32,000 nt of DNA from Micrococcus luteus NCTC 2665 (GTDB lineage Bacteria; Actinomycetota; Actinomycetes; Actinomycetales; Micrococcaceae). The stretch lies in NCBI RefSeq assembly GCF_000023205.1, contig NC_012803.1, positions 1,620,001-1,652,000 of the forward strand, in the 5' to 3' direction. The translations under genes were made by a program, and so were the position numbers. Under the pieces are notes generated by a model. It was not told where the DNA came from. It searched no databases and saw nothing but the letters and a program-made list of their open reading frames with translations. Positions 23,724 to 32,000 of the stretch are shown one piece after another. Numbering within the stretch: the first letter of the stretch is position 1; each line of letters opens with the position of its first letter.

Positions 23724-23734
23724 TGTGCGTCGGC

Positions 23735-24805
23735 TCAGCCGCACGTCCGGGCGGCGGCCGGGCTCTCCCCCCGGGCCGCCGCCTCGACGATGTCGCGGGC
23801 CTGGCCCAGCGTGTCCACGGGGTACACCGTCAGACCCTCGGGCACACGGCCGGCCAGCTCCTCGCAGTTCGCCGTGGGGGCGAGGAACGTCGTGGCCCCC
23901 GCCTCGGCGGCGCCGCGCACCTTCTGCGGGATCCCGCCGATGGGACCCACGACGCCGTCCCCCGTGATCGTGCCCGTTCCGGCGATCGGGGCGCCCCCCG
24001 TCATCGCCCCCGGGGTCAGCCGCTCGATCACGGTGAGCGCGAACATCAGACCCGCCGAAGGCCCGCCGATGTCCGGCACGGTCAGCTCGACGTCCACCGG
24101 GACGTCGTAGGCGGTCTCGATCAGGGCCCCCATCTGCCACGGCTGGGGCGCGCCCTCGGTAGCGGCCGCCACGGGCACCACGAGGTCCTGCTCCGCGCCG
24201 TCGCGGCGGACCGTCAGCGTGACCGGGTCGGGCCCCGCGGCCCCGACGGCGGCGCGCACGGCCTCCAGGTCGGCCACGGGCCGTCCCTCGGCGGCGATCA
24301 CCTCGTCCCCGGCCCGCAGGACGCCCTCGGCGGGCCCGCCGGGCACGAGCTGCTGCACGACGAGCCGCTGGGACACCTCCCGGCCGAGCTCGTGCAGGGC
24401 CGCGGCGGTCGCGGTCTGCTGGGAGTCCGACATGGCCGCCGAATTGGCCTCGCCGACCTCGTCGGAGGTGACGCCGGTGGGGTACATCAGTTCGCGCGGG
24501 ATCACGTCCACGGCGGGGTCCGTCAGGCCGCGGCCGAGGTCGAGCAGGGAGGTGGTGCCGATGGGCGGGCCCCCGACCATCACGGTGGTCATGTCCAGGG
24601 TCCCCTCACCCGGGTCCGCCTCGCCGCCCTCGACGCGCAGCACGGGTCGACCCTCCCGTTCGCCCAGCAGATCCACGGCGGGGCCGGGGCCCTCGAGGAT
24701 GTAGGGGGTGGGGGCCAGCAGGGCCAGCCCGGCGCTGCCCAGGGCGAGCCACCCGGAGAAGGGCACGCGGGCGGCGCGGATGGTCCTCGAGGGCACTGCG
24801 CGCAC
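23735..24805 (-). CDS. PDZ domain-containing Lon-like (S16) serine protease, YlbL/Rv3194c-like
   Basis: C-terminal 356 codons of track ORF 23735..25504. GTG at 24803-24805 is preceded by AGGAAAG. TM anchor FSGWLALGSAGLALLA; PDZ (GGPAEGVLRAGDEVIAAEGRPV); Lon catalytic Ser context DIGGPSAGLMFAL and Lys context GGIPQKVRGA. A second in-frame GTG at 24796 is equally possible. Confidence 0.85.
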   Translation of the reverse strand: MRAVPSRTIRAARVPFSGWLALGSAGLALLAPTPYILEGPGPAVDLLGEREGRPVLRVEGGEADPGEGTLDMTTVMVGGPPIGTTSLLDLGRGLTDPAVDVIPRELMYPTGVTSDEVGEANSAAMSDSQQTATAAALHELGREVSQRLVVQQLVPGGPAEGVLRAGDEVIAAEGRPVADLEAVRAAVGAAGPDPVTLTVRRDGAEQDLVVPVAAATEGAPQPWQMGALIETAYDVPVDVELTVPDIGGPSAGLMFALTVIERLTPGAMTGGAPIAGTGTITGDGVVGPIGGIPQKVRGAAEAGATTFLAPTANCEELAGRVPEGLTVYPVDTLGQARDIVEAAARGESPAAARTCG

Positions 24806-25001
24806 GCGACACCGTCTTTCCTGGGGGTCCTGATCGGGCCGTCCTCGCCGCCGGGCACGTGCCGCGCGGCGACGGTCACACCAGTCTACGCGGGACCGCG
24901 ACCCCGGCCTGCCCCGCGCGACGCCGTGCGCCATGGGCGAACCGCGCCGCCGCGACGTCGGGAGGGCGGGCGCGCCGCGCCGACGCGGATACGCTGGAGA
25001 C

Positions 25002-26402
25002 ATGAGCAACGACGCGCGCACGCCCGGATCCGACGACGGCCGCGACCCCCTGGAGGAGATGCTGCGGCAGCTCTTCGGCGGCCAGGGCCCCGACCCGGAC
25101 GAAGTCCGACGCGCCATGGAGGGCCTGGGCGGCCCCGGCGGGGTGCCCTTCGACCCGTCCCAGTTGAATCCGGCCATGATGCAGCAGGCCATGGCCCAGT
25201 TCCAGGCGATGATGAGCTCCGGCTCCGGCTCGGACGGCCCCGTGAACTGGTCCCTGGCGAAGCAGGCCGCCCGCCAGGCCGTGGCCGGCGAGGACCCGGC
25301 CGTCGGCTCGTTCGCGCGACGCGAGGTGGACGAGGCGCTGCGGCTGGCCGAGCTGTGGCTCGACGGCGTCACGCAGACCGAGCCCGTCGGCAGCGTCGGC
25401 GTGGCCTGGTCCCGTGCCGAGTGGGTCGAGGCGACCATGGACCAGTGGCGCCGGCTCACCGAGCCCGTGGCCGTCTCGATGTCCCGGGCGATGTCCGCGG
25501 CCATCGAGCAGCAGCTGCCGGGTCAGCTCCCCGAGGGCATGGACGCCTCCCTGCTCGGCGGGCTGCAGCCCATGCTGAAGAACATGGGCGGCACGATGTT
25601 CGGCCTGCAGCTCGGCGGCGCCGTGGGTGCCCTGGGCAAGGAGGTGCTCTCGGGCACGGACATCGGCCTGCCCGTCGCCGGCCACCGCCTCGCCCTCGTC
25701 CCCGTGAACATCGAGGAGTTCGGCGACGGGCTCTCGGTGCCGGACGACCAGATCCGCATCTACCTGGCCCTGCGCGAGGCCGCACGCATGCGCCTGTTCC
25801 TGCACTCGCCGTGGCTCGAGCGGGACCTGTACGCCGCCGTCGAGCAGTACGCCGCGGGCATCCGCCTGGACACCGAGGGCATCGAGCGGGCCGCGCAGTC
25901 GGTGGACCCGATGGACCCCGGTTCCCTGCAGGCCGTGTTCGACGGGGCGTCCTTCATCGCCGCCCCGGACGCCACCCAGCAGGCCGCACTGGACCAGCTG
26001 GAGCTGCTCGTCGCCCTCGTGGAGGGCTGGGTGGACGTGGTGGTCGCCGAGGCCGCGCGCCCGCTCGAGTCGGCGCCCGCCCTGCGCGAGACCATGAACC
26101 GCCGCCGCGCCTCGGGCGGCCCGGCCGAACAGGCCTTCGCCGCCCTCGTGGGCCTCGAGCTGCGCCCGCGCCGCCTGCGCGAGGCCGCCGCGTTCTGGGA
26201 GCACGTCACGGCCGAGCACGGCACGGAGTACCGCGAGGAGATCTGGCGCCATCCCGAGCGTCAGCCCACCGCGGAGGACCTCGAGGACCCCGCCGGGTAC
26301 GCCGGGCGCCGCTCCGCCGCGGACGCCAGCGCCGAGTCCCTCGACGACGAGCTGCGCAAGCTCCTCGAGGGCGGCTTCGGCGACGCGCCGCGCGAGGGCT
26401 GA
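25002..26402 (+). CDS. Zincin_2 / DUF2342 family protein (usually annotated zinc-dependent metalloprotease, Rv3195-like)
   Basis: 466 aa from ATG 25002, preceded by GGAGA. The family call rests on recollection of the conserved GPVNWSLAKQAARQ N-terminal region and its position next to the PDZ protease. No HEXXH motif is present (see findings). Confidence 0.65.
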   Translation: MSNDARTPGSDDGRDPLEEMLRQLFGGQGPDPDEVRRAMEGLGGPGGVPFDPSQLNPAMMQQAMAQFQAMMSSGSGSDGPVNWSLAKQAARQAVAGEDPAVGSFARREVDEALRLAELWLDGVTQTEPVGSVGVAWSRAEWVEATMDQWRRLTEPVAVSMSRAMSAAIEQQLPGQLPEGMDASLLGGLQPMLKNMGGTMFGLQLGGAVGALGKEVLSGTDIGLPVAGHRLALVPVNIEEFGDGLSVPDDQIRIYLALREAARMRLFLHSPWLERDLYAAVEQYAAGIRLDTEGIERAAQSVDPMDPGSLQAVFDGASFIAAPDATQQAALDQLELLVALVEGWVDVVVAEAARPLESAPALRETMNRRRASGGPAEQAFAALVGLELRPRRLREAAAFWEHVTAEHGTEYREEIWRHPERQPTAEDLEDPAGYAGRRSAADASAESLDDELRKLLEGGFGDAPREG

Positions 26403-26413
26403 GCCCCTCCCGG

Positions 26414-26466
26414 CACGACGGCGGCGGGCGGTCCGGCACCTCGGGTGCGGGCCGCCCGCCGTCGTG
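26414..26466. terminator. GC-rich palindrome between convergent genes
   Basis: An 11-bp outer stem CACGACGGCGG / CCGCCGTCGTG (26414-26424 with 26456-26466) encloses the inner hairpin GCACC-TCG-GGTGC. Confidence 0.4.
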
Positions 26467-27153
26467 TCAGCCCGCGTCCTCGTCCTCCGCCCACCGGTCC
26501 GGCGCCGTGCGACCGCGGCCCTCGGCGAAGGTGACCCCCTCGAGGAAGGCCATCGCCTCGGCGTAGCGCGGGTACCGGTCCACGAGGCGTCGGAAGGCCG
26601 GGCCGTGTCCGGACTCCAGCAGATGGGCCAGCTCGTGGACGAGCACCGCTGGCGGCGGCGGCGGCATGCCGCACAGCTGCGTCGAGAGCCGGATGGTGCC
26701 GCGGGCCGGCGTGCACGAGCCCCAGCGGCGGCGCTGCCGGGCCGACCACGTGACCGAGACCGGACGGGCCCGCCCACCCAGGTGCGCCGCCGAGAGCCGT
26801 CCCGCCCAGGCCAGGAGCGCGTCGTCGGAGCGAGCGTCGGCGGGGCGGCCGTCCGGGTCGGCCGCGGGCTGCCCCGTCCCGCCGCGTGCGCCCACCTTCG
26901 CGACCATCCGGCCGATCCACTCGCGCTCCTGCGCGGCCGAGAGCCGGGCCGGGACGTTGACCTGCAGGCGGCCGTCGCGCCACGCCGCCGAGACGGTGCG
27001 GGTGCGGGCCGTGGAGCGCACGAGCCGCACGGGCGTGCCCTCCCAGTCCAGATCGATGCTCTCGCGGGCGGGACCGCGGCGGGCGGCCGGGACGGCACGC
27101 GGAGGGCGGCCGGGGGCGGGCGGGACAGGGCGCATCCGGCCATTGTCCGGCAT
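26467..27153 (-). CDS. DUF45 / YgjP-like (M48-related) zinc metallopeptidase
   Basis: The C-terminal VLVHELAHLLESGHGPAFRRLVDRYPRYAEA carries HEXXH plus a downstream His, typical of DUF45. The start is uncertain: ATG at 27153, ATG at 27135, or the track GTG at 27261. Confidence 0.7.
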   Translation of the reverse strand: MPDNGRMRPVPPAPGRPPRAVPAARRGPARESIDLDWEGTPVRLVRSTARTRTVSAAWRDGRLQVNVPARLSAAQEREWIGRMVAKVGARGGTGQPAADPDGRPADARSDDALLAWAGRLSAAHLGGRARPVSVTWSARQRRRWGSCTPARGTIRLSTQLCGMPPPPPAVLVHELAHLLESGHGPAFRRLVDRYPRYAEAMAFLEGVTFAEGRGRTAPDRWAEDEDAG

Positions 27154-27232
27154 GGGCCGCAGGCTGTGGACAATCCGGCGCGGTCCGGGAGCGCCCTGGC
27201 AGGGTGGAAGGCACCGAGCCGAGAGGAGAGCC

Positions 27233-27961
27233 GTGCGCACCGTCGCCGAGACCGTCACCACCGTCCCTCATGACGCCGCCGCGTCAGCGCTGGAGCCGGG
27301 GGCGTGGGCCCCGCCGACCGACGTCCACGTGGCGGGCCTCGACGCGGTGGGCGCGGCGATCGCCCACGCGCTGGCGGGGGCCGGGGCGCTGCGCCTGGCC
27401 CTGTGGGATCCGCGGCCCGTCGACGCCGCGGACCTGGGGACCGGCCTGCTGCCCGGGGACCTCGGTCGGCCCCGGGCGGGTGCGCTCGCGCGCCGGCTGG
27501 GCGATGTGGCCCCCGGGCTGCGCCTCTACGCGCACCACGGCCCGGTGCCGGTGCTCGTGGGGCAGGCGACGGTGGCGGTGGGGCCCGTGCTCGACGCGGA
27601 CCTGGCCGCGCAGGCCCTGGCCGCCGACCACCCGCTGCTGCCGGTCACGGTGGGGCCGAAGGCGGTCACGGTCGGGCCGTGGTGCGCCCCCGGGGTGCGC
27701 GGGTGCCCGCTGTGCCGATGGCCCGCGGACCCGGCGGGCGTCCCCGGTGCCCCGACGGCGCCCGGCCCGCCGGCGCACCGGGGACAGGTGGACGGGCTCG
27801 CGGCGCTGCGGGCCGCCGTGCTGGCCGTGGACGCGCTGCGGACCGGGCCGGCCCCCGGCGTGCTGCGGGCCGATCGGGTGACGGGACGCACGCGCCGGGT
27901 GCGGGTCCGTCCCCGGCCCGGCTGCGCCTGCGACCCGGACGCACTCGGCTGGGCGTTCTGA
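27233..27961 (+). CDS. ThiF/MoeB/HesA-like (E1-like) Rossmann protein with a degenerate nucleotide-binding loop
   Basis: In-frame GTG at 27233 in track ORF 26666..27961, preceded by GAGAGGAG. VHVAGLDAVGAAIAHALAGAGALRLALWDPRPVDAADLGTGLLPGDLGRPRAGALARRL and GCPLCRWPAD align positionally with E. coli ThiF (GLGGLG...LADDDDVHLSNLQRQ...DIDRPK...GCYRCLWPD). A second Cys pair follows near the C-terminus (PGCAC). Confidence 0.5.
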   Translation: MRTVAETVTTVPHDAAASALEPGAWAPPTDVHVAGLDAVGAAIAHALAGAGALRLALWDPRPVDAADLGTGLLPGDLGRPRAGALARRLGDVAPGLRLYAHHGPVPVLVGQATVAVGPVLDADLAAQALAADHPLLPVTVGPKAVTVGPWCAPGVRGCPLCRWPADPAGVPGAPTAPGPPAHRGQVDGLAALRAAVLAVDALRTGPAPGVLRADRVTGRTRRVRVRPRPGCACDPDALGWAF

Positions 27962-28003
27962 CGGGGTCGGCGCCGCCGGCGGAACGGGGCGCGGGTGCGC
28001 GGT

Positions 28004-30133
28004 TCAGGCCGTCGGGGTGCCGTTCAGCAGCTCGAGCAGCTCCGGTCCGTGCTTCTCCAGCTTGGTCTTGCCGAGGCCGGGCACCTTCAGGAGCTCTGCC
28101 GGGGTCTTCGGCATGGCCTCGGCGATGGCCACGAGGGTGGCGTCGGTGAACACCACGAACGCGGGCATCCGCATCTCGGCGGCCGTGCGGGTGCGCCAGT
28201 CGCGCAGCTCCTCGAGCACCGCCTCGTCGTAGGTGGCGGGGCAGTCCAGGCAGCGGCCGACCTTGCGCTCCGCTCCCGTCTCGAGGGGCTTGCCGCACGT
28301 GCGGCACACGGCGACCTTCGCGCCCCGGCGCCGCGGCGCCGTCGGGCCGGCCGCGGATCCGCGTGCCGGGGCGTGCTCGCGGGTGCCGCCGAGGGTGGGG
28401 TCGATGGCCCACAGGAACCGGGAGGGCCGCCGGGTGGAGCGCCCGCCCGTGCCCCGCGAGAGCGTCCACGTCAGCGACAGGTGCTGGCGGGCACGCGTGA
28501 TCCCCACGTAGAGCAGGCGCCGTTCCTCGTCCACCTCGGCCTGGGTCTCCGCGAAGGAGATCGGCATGAGCCCCTCGGACAGGCCCACGAGGAACACCGC
28601 GTCCCACTCGAGGCCCTTGGCGGAGTGCAGCGAGGCCAGGGTGATGCCCTGCACCGTCGGCGCGTGCTGGTGCTGGGCCCGCTCGTCGAGCTCGGCCACG
28701 AGCTCGGTCAGCGTGAACTCGGCCCCGCGCGTCGTGGCGAGCTGGCCGGCGAGGTTGACGAGGGCGTGCAGGGACTCCCACCGTTCACGGGCCGCGCCGG
28801 TGGCCGACGGCGGCTCGGCGGAGTAGCCGAGCGAGGAGAGCACGTCCCGCACCCGGTCCGTGACGTCGTCGCCCGTCAGGTCCTGGGCGGCGCGGGCGGC
28901 GGCCCGCAGCTGCAGGATGCCGTCGCGCACCTCGCGCCGGGAGAAGAACCGCTCGCCGCCGCGCAGCTGGTAGCCGATGCCCGCCGAGGACAGCGCCGTC
29001 TCGAAGGCCTGGGACTGGCCGTTGGTGCGGAACAGGACGGCGATCTCGGAGGCGGGCACGCCGTCGTCGATCAGCGCCGCGATCCGGTCCGCGACCCAGC
29101 CGGCCTCGGCCTCGTCGTCGGTGCACTCCGCGAACACGAGGTCGGGACCGGGCGGCCGCTGGGAGACGAGCTCGAGGGGGTCGGGCCAGCGCGGCATCGT
29201 GCGGTCCCGCTCCCCCGCCTTGGTGCGGTCCGCCAGCAGGCGGTTGGCCGCCTCCACGATCTGCGGGCTGGACCGGTAGTCACGCACGAGCCGGACCACC
29301 GTGGCCGCGGGGTACCGCTCACGGAAGTCGGTGAGGAAGCGGGAGGTCGCGCCCGTGAACGAGTAGATCGTCTGGGAGGCGTCACCGACGACGCACAGGT
29401 CGCCGCGGTCGCCGAGCCAGAGGTCGAGCAGGCGGTGCTGCAGGGGCGAGACGTCCTGGTACTCGTCCACCACGAACACCCGGTACTGGTCCCGGATCGT
29501 GGCCGCGATCTGCGGCTCGGTGGACAGGATCCCCACGAGGATCAGCAGCACGTCCTCGAAGTCGATCATGTTCCGCGCCGTCTTGGCCTCCTCGTAGCCC
29601 GTGTAGAGACGGGCGACGGTGGTGGCGGTCCAGCCGGCGGGCATCTCCCGCTCCTTCGCGGCCTCCGCGTAGCCCTCGGGGGCGTGCAGGGAGACCTTGG
29701 CCCATTCGATCTCGCCGGCGAGGTCGCGCAGGCCGGCCCGGTCCACGGTCATCCGCATGCGCTGGGCGACCTCGGTGAGCAGGCGCACCTTGTTCTCGAT
29801 CAGCGAGGGCATGGGGCCGCCCACGGCCTGGGGCCAGAAGTACTGCAGCTGGCGCAGGGCCGCCGAGTGGAAGGTGCGGGCCTGGACGCCGGCCACGCCG
29901 AGGTCGCGCAGGCGGGTGCGCATCTCCGCGGCGGCGCGCGCCGTGAAGGTCAGGGCGAGGGTCCGGTGCGGGTCGAAGACGCCGGAGGCGACGCCGTAGG
30001 CGATGCGGTGCGTGATGGCGCGGGTCTTGCCGGTGCCGGCACCCGCCAGGATGCAGACGGGCCCGTGCAGGGCCGTGGCAGCCCGGCGCTGCTCCGGGTC
30101 GAGGCCGCGGAGGATCTCGTCGGGAGTGCTCAT
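28004..30133 (-). CDS. uvrD2: ATP-dependent DNA helicase UvrD2 (SF1 helicase with tetracysteine module and HRDC domain)
   Basis: 709 aa. Walker A AGAGTGKT; DEYQD motif; VTRAR-type motif VI (VGITRAR); CRTCGKPL...GRCLDCP tetracysteine; C-terminal HRDC (LRDWRTRTAAEMRMPAFVVFTDATLVAIAE). Confidence 0.9.
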   Translation of the reverse strand: MSTPDEILRGLDPEQRRAATALHGPVCILAGAGTGKTRAITHRIAYGVASGVFDPHRTLALTFTARAAAEMRTRLRDLGVAGVQARTFHSAALRQLQYFWPQAVGGPMPSLIENKVRLLTEVAQRMRMTVDRAGLRDLAGEIEWAKVSLHAPEGYAEAAKEREMPAGWTATTVARLYTGYEEAKTARNMIDFEDVLLILVGILSTEPQIAATIRDQYRVFVVDEYQDVSPLQHRLLDLWLGDRGDLCVVGDASQTIYSFTGATSRFLTDFRERYPAATVVRLVRDYRSSPQIVEAANRLLADRTKAGERDRTMPRWPDPLELVSQRPPGPDLVFAECTDDEAEAGWVADRIAALIDDGVPASEIAVLFRTNGQSQAFETALSSAGIGYQLRGGERFFSRREVRDGILQLRAAARAAQDLTGDDVTDRVRDVLSSLGYSAEPPSATGAARERWESLHALVNLAGQLATTRGAEFTLTELVAELDERAQHQHAPTVQGITLASLHSAKGLEWDAVFLVGLSEGLMPISFAETQAEVDEERRLLYVGITRARQHLSLTWTLSRGTGGRSTRRPSRFLWAIDPTLGGTREHAPARGSAAGPTAPRRRGAKVAVCRTCGKPLETGAERKVGRCLDCPATYDEAVLEELRDWRTRTAAEMRMPAFVVFTDATLVAIAEAMPKTPAELLKVPGLGKTKLEKHGPELLELLNGTPTA

Positions 30134-30148
30134 GCGGGACGAGTCCTC

Positions 30149-31138
30149 CTAGGTGATCAGGGTCTGCGCATCGGGCAGCGTCCCACCGTACCAATCCTCG
30201 ATGAGCGCCCGCGCGATGGACACGGCCCCGGGCAGGGTGACGTCGCCCTCGCGGGCCAGATGCGCGAGCTCCTCCCGCTCGAACCAGCGCACGGAGAGGA
30301 TCTCCTCGCCGTCCGGGACCGGCTCGGCGCCGGCCGGGGCCAGCGCGGTGAAACCGAGCATGAGCGAGCGCGGGAAGGGCCACGGCTGGGAGCCGCGGTA
30401 GCGCGGCTGCGTCACCGTGACCCCGGACTCCTCCGCGATCTCCCGGACCACCGCGTGCTCCAGGGACTCCCCCGGCTCCACGAACCCGGCCAGGCAGGAG
30501 TACAGCCCATCGGGCCACGCCGCGTTGCGGCCCAGCAGGATCCGCCCGGCCGGGTCGGTGACGGCCACGATCACCGCCGGGTCCGTGCGCGGGAACTGCT
30601 CCCGGGAGCAGTCGCGGCAGCGGCGCACCCAGCCGGCCGCCTCGACGTCCGTGGCGCCGCCGCAGAACGCGCAGAAGCGGTGGGTGGCGTGCCAGTTGGC
30701 GTTCGCGACGGCGGCCACGAACAGCCCGGTGTCCGCGTCGCCGAGGGCGGCGGCCGCGTCGCGGAGGCCGACCCACACGGCGTCCGCGAGCGCGGTGGCC
30801 GCGTCCTCGGGCAGGGCCGCCGGCGGCTCGACGGCGACGGAGACCACCTCGCGCTCCCGCCCGTGCGGGCCCCGGTCCGCCGCGGTGCCGCGACCCAGAT
30901 ACGCCGCCTCGGCCGGCACGGGGCCGGAGGGCGCGGTGAAGACGAGCCGCCCGTCCGCGACCGGCGCGCGGCCGCCCTGCAGCCACAGGACCTCCGTTCC
31001 CTCGCGCGCCCAGGCCGCCGCCAGGTGGCCCGGGTCGAGGCGGGCCACGGCACCGCGGTCCAGCTCCTCACGGGCCAGCGGCAGGGCCAGGGGTGGTGCG
31101 ACGGTGGGGTCGGACGAAGACGGGGGGCAGGAAGCCAT
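30149..31138 (-). CDS. nudC: NAD(+) diphosphatase NudC (Nudix hydrolase with zinc ribbon)
   Basis: 329 aa. CAFCGG...RRCRDC zinc ribbon. Nudix box GFVEPGESLEHAVVREIAEESGV. The downstream SQPWPFP motif is typical of NudC. The stop is 15 nt upstream of the uvrD2 ATG. Confidence 0.9.
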   Translation of the reverse strand: MASCPPSSSDPTVAPPLALPLAREELDRGAVARLDPGHLAAAWAREGTEVLWLQGGRAPVADGRLVFTAPSGPVPAEAAYLGRGTAADRGPHGREREVVSVAVEPPAALPEDAATALADAVWVGLRDAAAALGDADTGLFVAAVANANWHATHRFCAFCGGATDVEAAGWVRRCRDCSREQFPRTDPAVIVAVTDPAGRILLGRNAAWPDGLYSCLAGFVEPGESLEHAVVREIAEESGVTVTQPRYRGSQPWPFPRSLMLGFTALAPAGAEPVPDGEEILSVRWFEREELAHLAREGDVTLPGAVSIARALIEDWYGGTLPDAQTLIT

Positions 31139-31164
31139 GCGTCCAGGCTAGCGACCCGTCTCCG

Positions 31165-32000
31165 GTGCGCCCGGCGACGGGGGAGGGCGTTCCGCGCCTA
31201 GGCTGGAGGGGTGGATCGTCAGCCCCTTGTCTCGCAGCCCTGGCCGCCGCGGCCGTCCCCGGCCTCGCCCCCGTCTCCGTGGAGGCGAGCCCGGACGACC
31301 CCGCGGACTTCTCGACCGCCGTCGTCGTGGACGGTGAGGGCCAGCGGTGGCGTGTCCGCTCGCCCCGCACCCCGGAGGCGGGCATCCGTCTCGAGACGGA
31401 GCTGCAGGTGCTGGCGGGCCTGACCCCGGCGGTGCGCGCCGGCCTGCCGTTCCGCACGCCCTCCGTGGCGGGCGCGGTGCGGCTCGAGGGGCTGCGCACC
31501 TTCGTCTACCAGGACATGCCCGGGCGTCCCGTCACCCTGGACGAGCTGGCCCGGCTCGGCGAGCCCGCGGTGCAGGACGTGGGCCGCGTGCTGGCCGCGA
31601 TCCACACGCTGCCCTCGGACGTCGTGGACCACGCGGACCTGCCCTCCTACACGGCGGAGCAGATCCGGCAGCGTCACCTCCACGCCCTCGACCAGGCGGC
31701 CACCTCCGGCCGCGTGCCGCCCCTGCTGCTGCGCCGCTGGGAGGAGGCCATGGAGGAGGAGGCCCTGTGGCGGTTCACCCCGGTGCCGGTGCACGGTGAC
31801 CTGCACGAGGACAACCTGCTCCTCGAGCGCGGCCGCGTGGTGGGCGTGACGGGCTGGACGGACCTGCACGTGGGCGACCCGGCCGACGACGTCGCCTGGC
31901 TGGCCGCCGCCACGGACCCGGACCTGGCCGACCGCGTCCTCGACGCCTACGCGGCCCGGCGCGCCGACGCGGGGGCCGCCGACGACGGCGACGCGCACGT
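31165..32000 (+). CDS. Aminoglycoside/macrolide phosphotransferase-fold (APH family) kinase; the 3' end runs off the window
   Basis: Absent from the ORF track because there is no stop inside the window. Hand translation in the frame of 31210 gives ...LAALAAAAVPGLAPVSVEASPDDPADFSTAVVVDGEGQRWRVRSPRT...FVYQDMPGRP...VHGDLHEDNLLLERGRVVGVTGWTDLHVGDPADDVAWL. HGDLHxxN and the D-x-x-D context are the APH catalytic and Mg loops. The start is uncertain: GTG 31165 is the only canonical in-frame start upstream of the conserved N-terminus. Confidence 0.6.
   Translation, partial: MRPATGEGVPRLGWRGGSSAPCLAALAAAAVPGLAPVSVEASPDDPADFSTAVVVDGEGQRWRVRSPRTPEAGIRLETELQVLAGLTPAVRAGLPFRTPSVAGAVRLEGLRTFVYQDMPGRPVTLDELARLGEPAVQDVGRVLAAIHTLPSDVVDHADLPSYTAEQIRQRHLHALDQAATSGRVPPLLLRRWEEAMEEEALWRFTPVPVHGDLHEDNLLLERGRVVGVTGWTDLHVGDPADDVAWLAAATDPDLADRVLDAYAARRADAGAADDGDAH

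Overview
High-GC (roughly 70%+ by eye) actinobacterial chromosome, probably Micrococcales. The window is almost entirely conserved housekeeping genes. Part of the gene order parallels, from memory, the M. tuberculosis Rv3193c-Rv3199c neighbourhood: UPF0182 protein, PDZ/Lon-like protease, Zincin_2 protein, UvrD2, NudC. Left to right: a minus-strand operon (iscS, mnmA, chorismate mutase, MetE-like gene); trkH-trkA; a tightly coupled plus-strand string (FolP2-like, RibD-C/Rv2671-like reductase, J-domain/NERD-like protein, trmL, a single-ORF SigK-like/RskA-like sigma/anti-sigma fusion); htrA coupled to a PIG-L deacetylase; a TPM-domain protein with a long helical cytoplasmic domain plus pspA; a GltS-family symporter; initiator tRNA-fMet; UPF0182; PDZ/Lon-like protease; Zincin_2-like protein; DUF45 metallopeptidase; a degenerate ThiF/E1-like protein; nudC-uvrD2; and a partial APH-family kinase. 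The one clearly accessory component is a 945-bp IS5-family (IS427-group-like) element. It is present in three apparently identical, same-orientation copies, each at a CTAG site. Each copy sits directly upstream of, and co-oriented with, a minus-strand gene (iscS, htrA, UPF0182). I found no CRISPR array, defence island, prophage or biosynthetic cluster, and I cannot honestly name a new system. The best leads are the IS-rewired promoters, the tethered sigma/anti-sigma protein, the TPM-helical/PspA pair, the FolP2/Rv2671-like/J-NERD operon, and the DUF45/E1-like divergent pair. All family calls come from motif recognition by eye and no searches were run.
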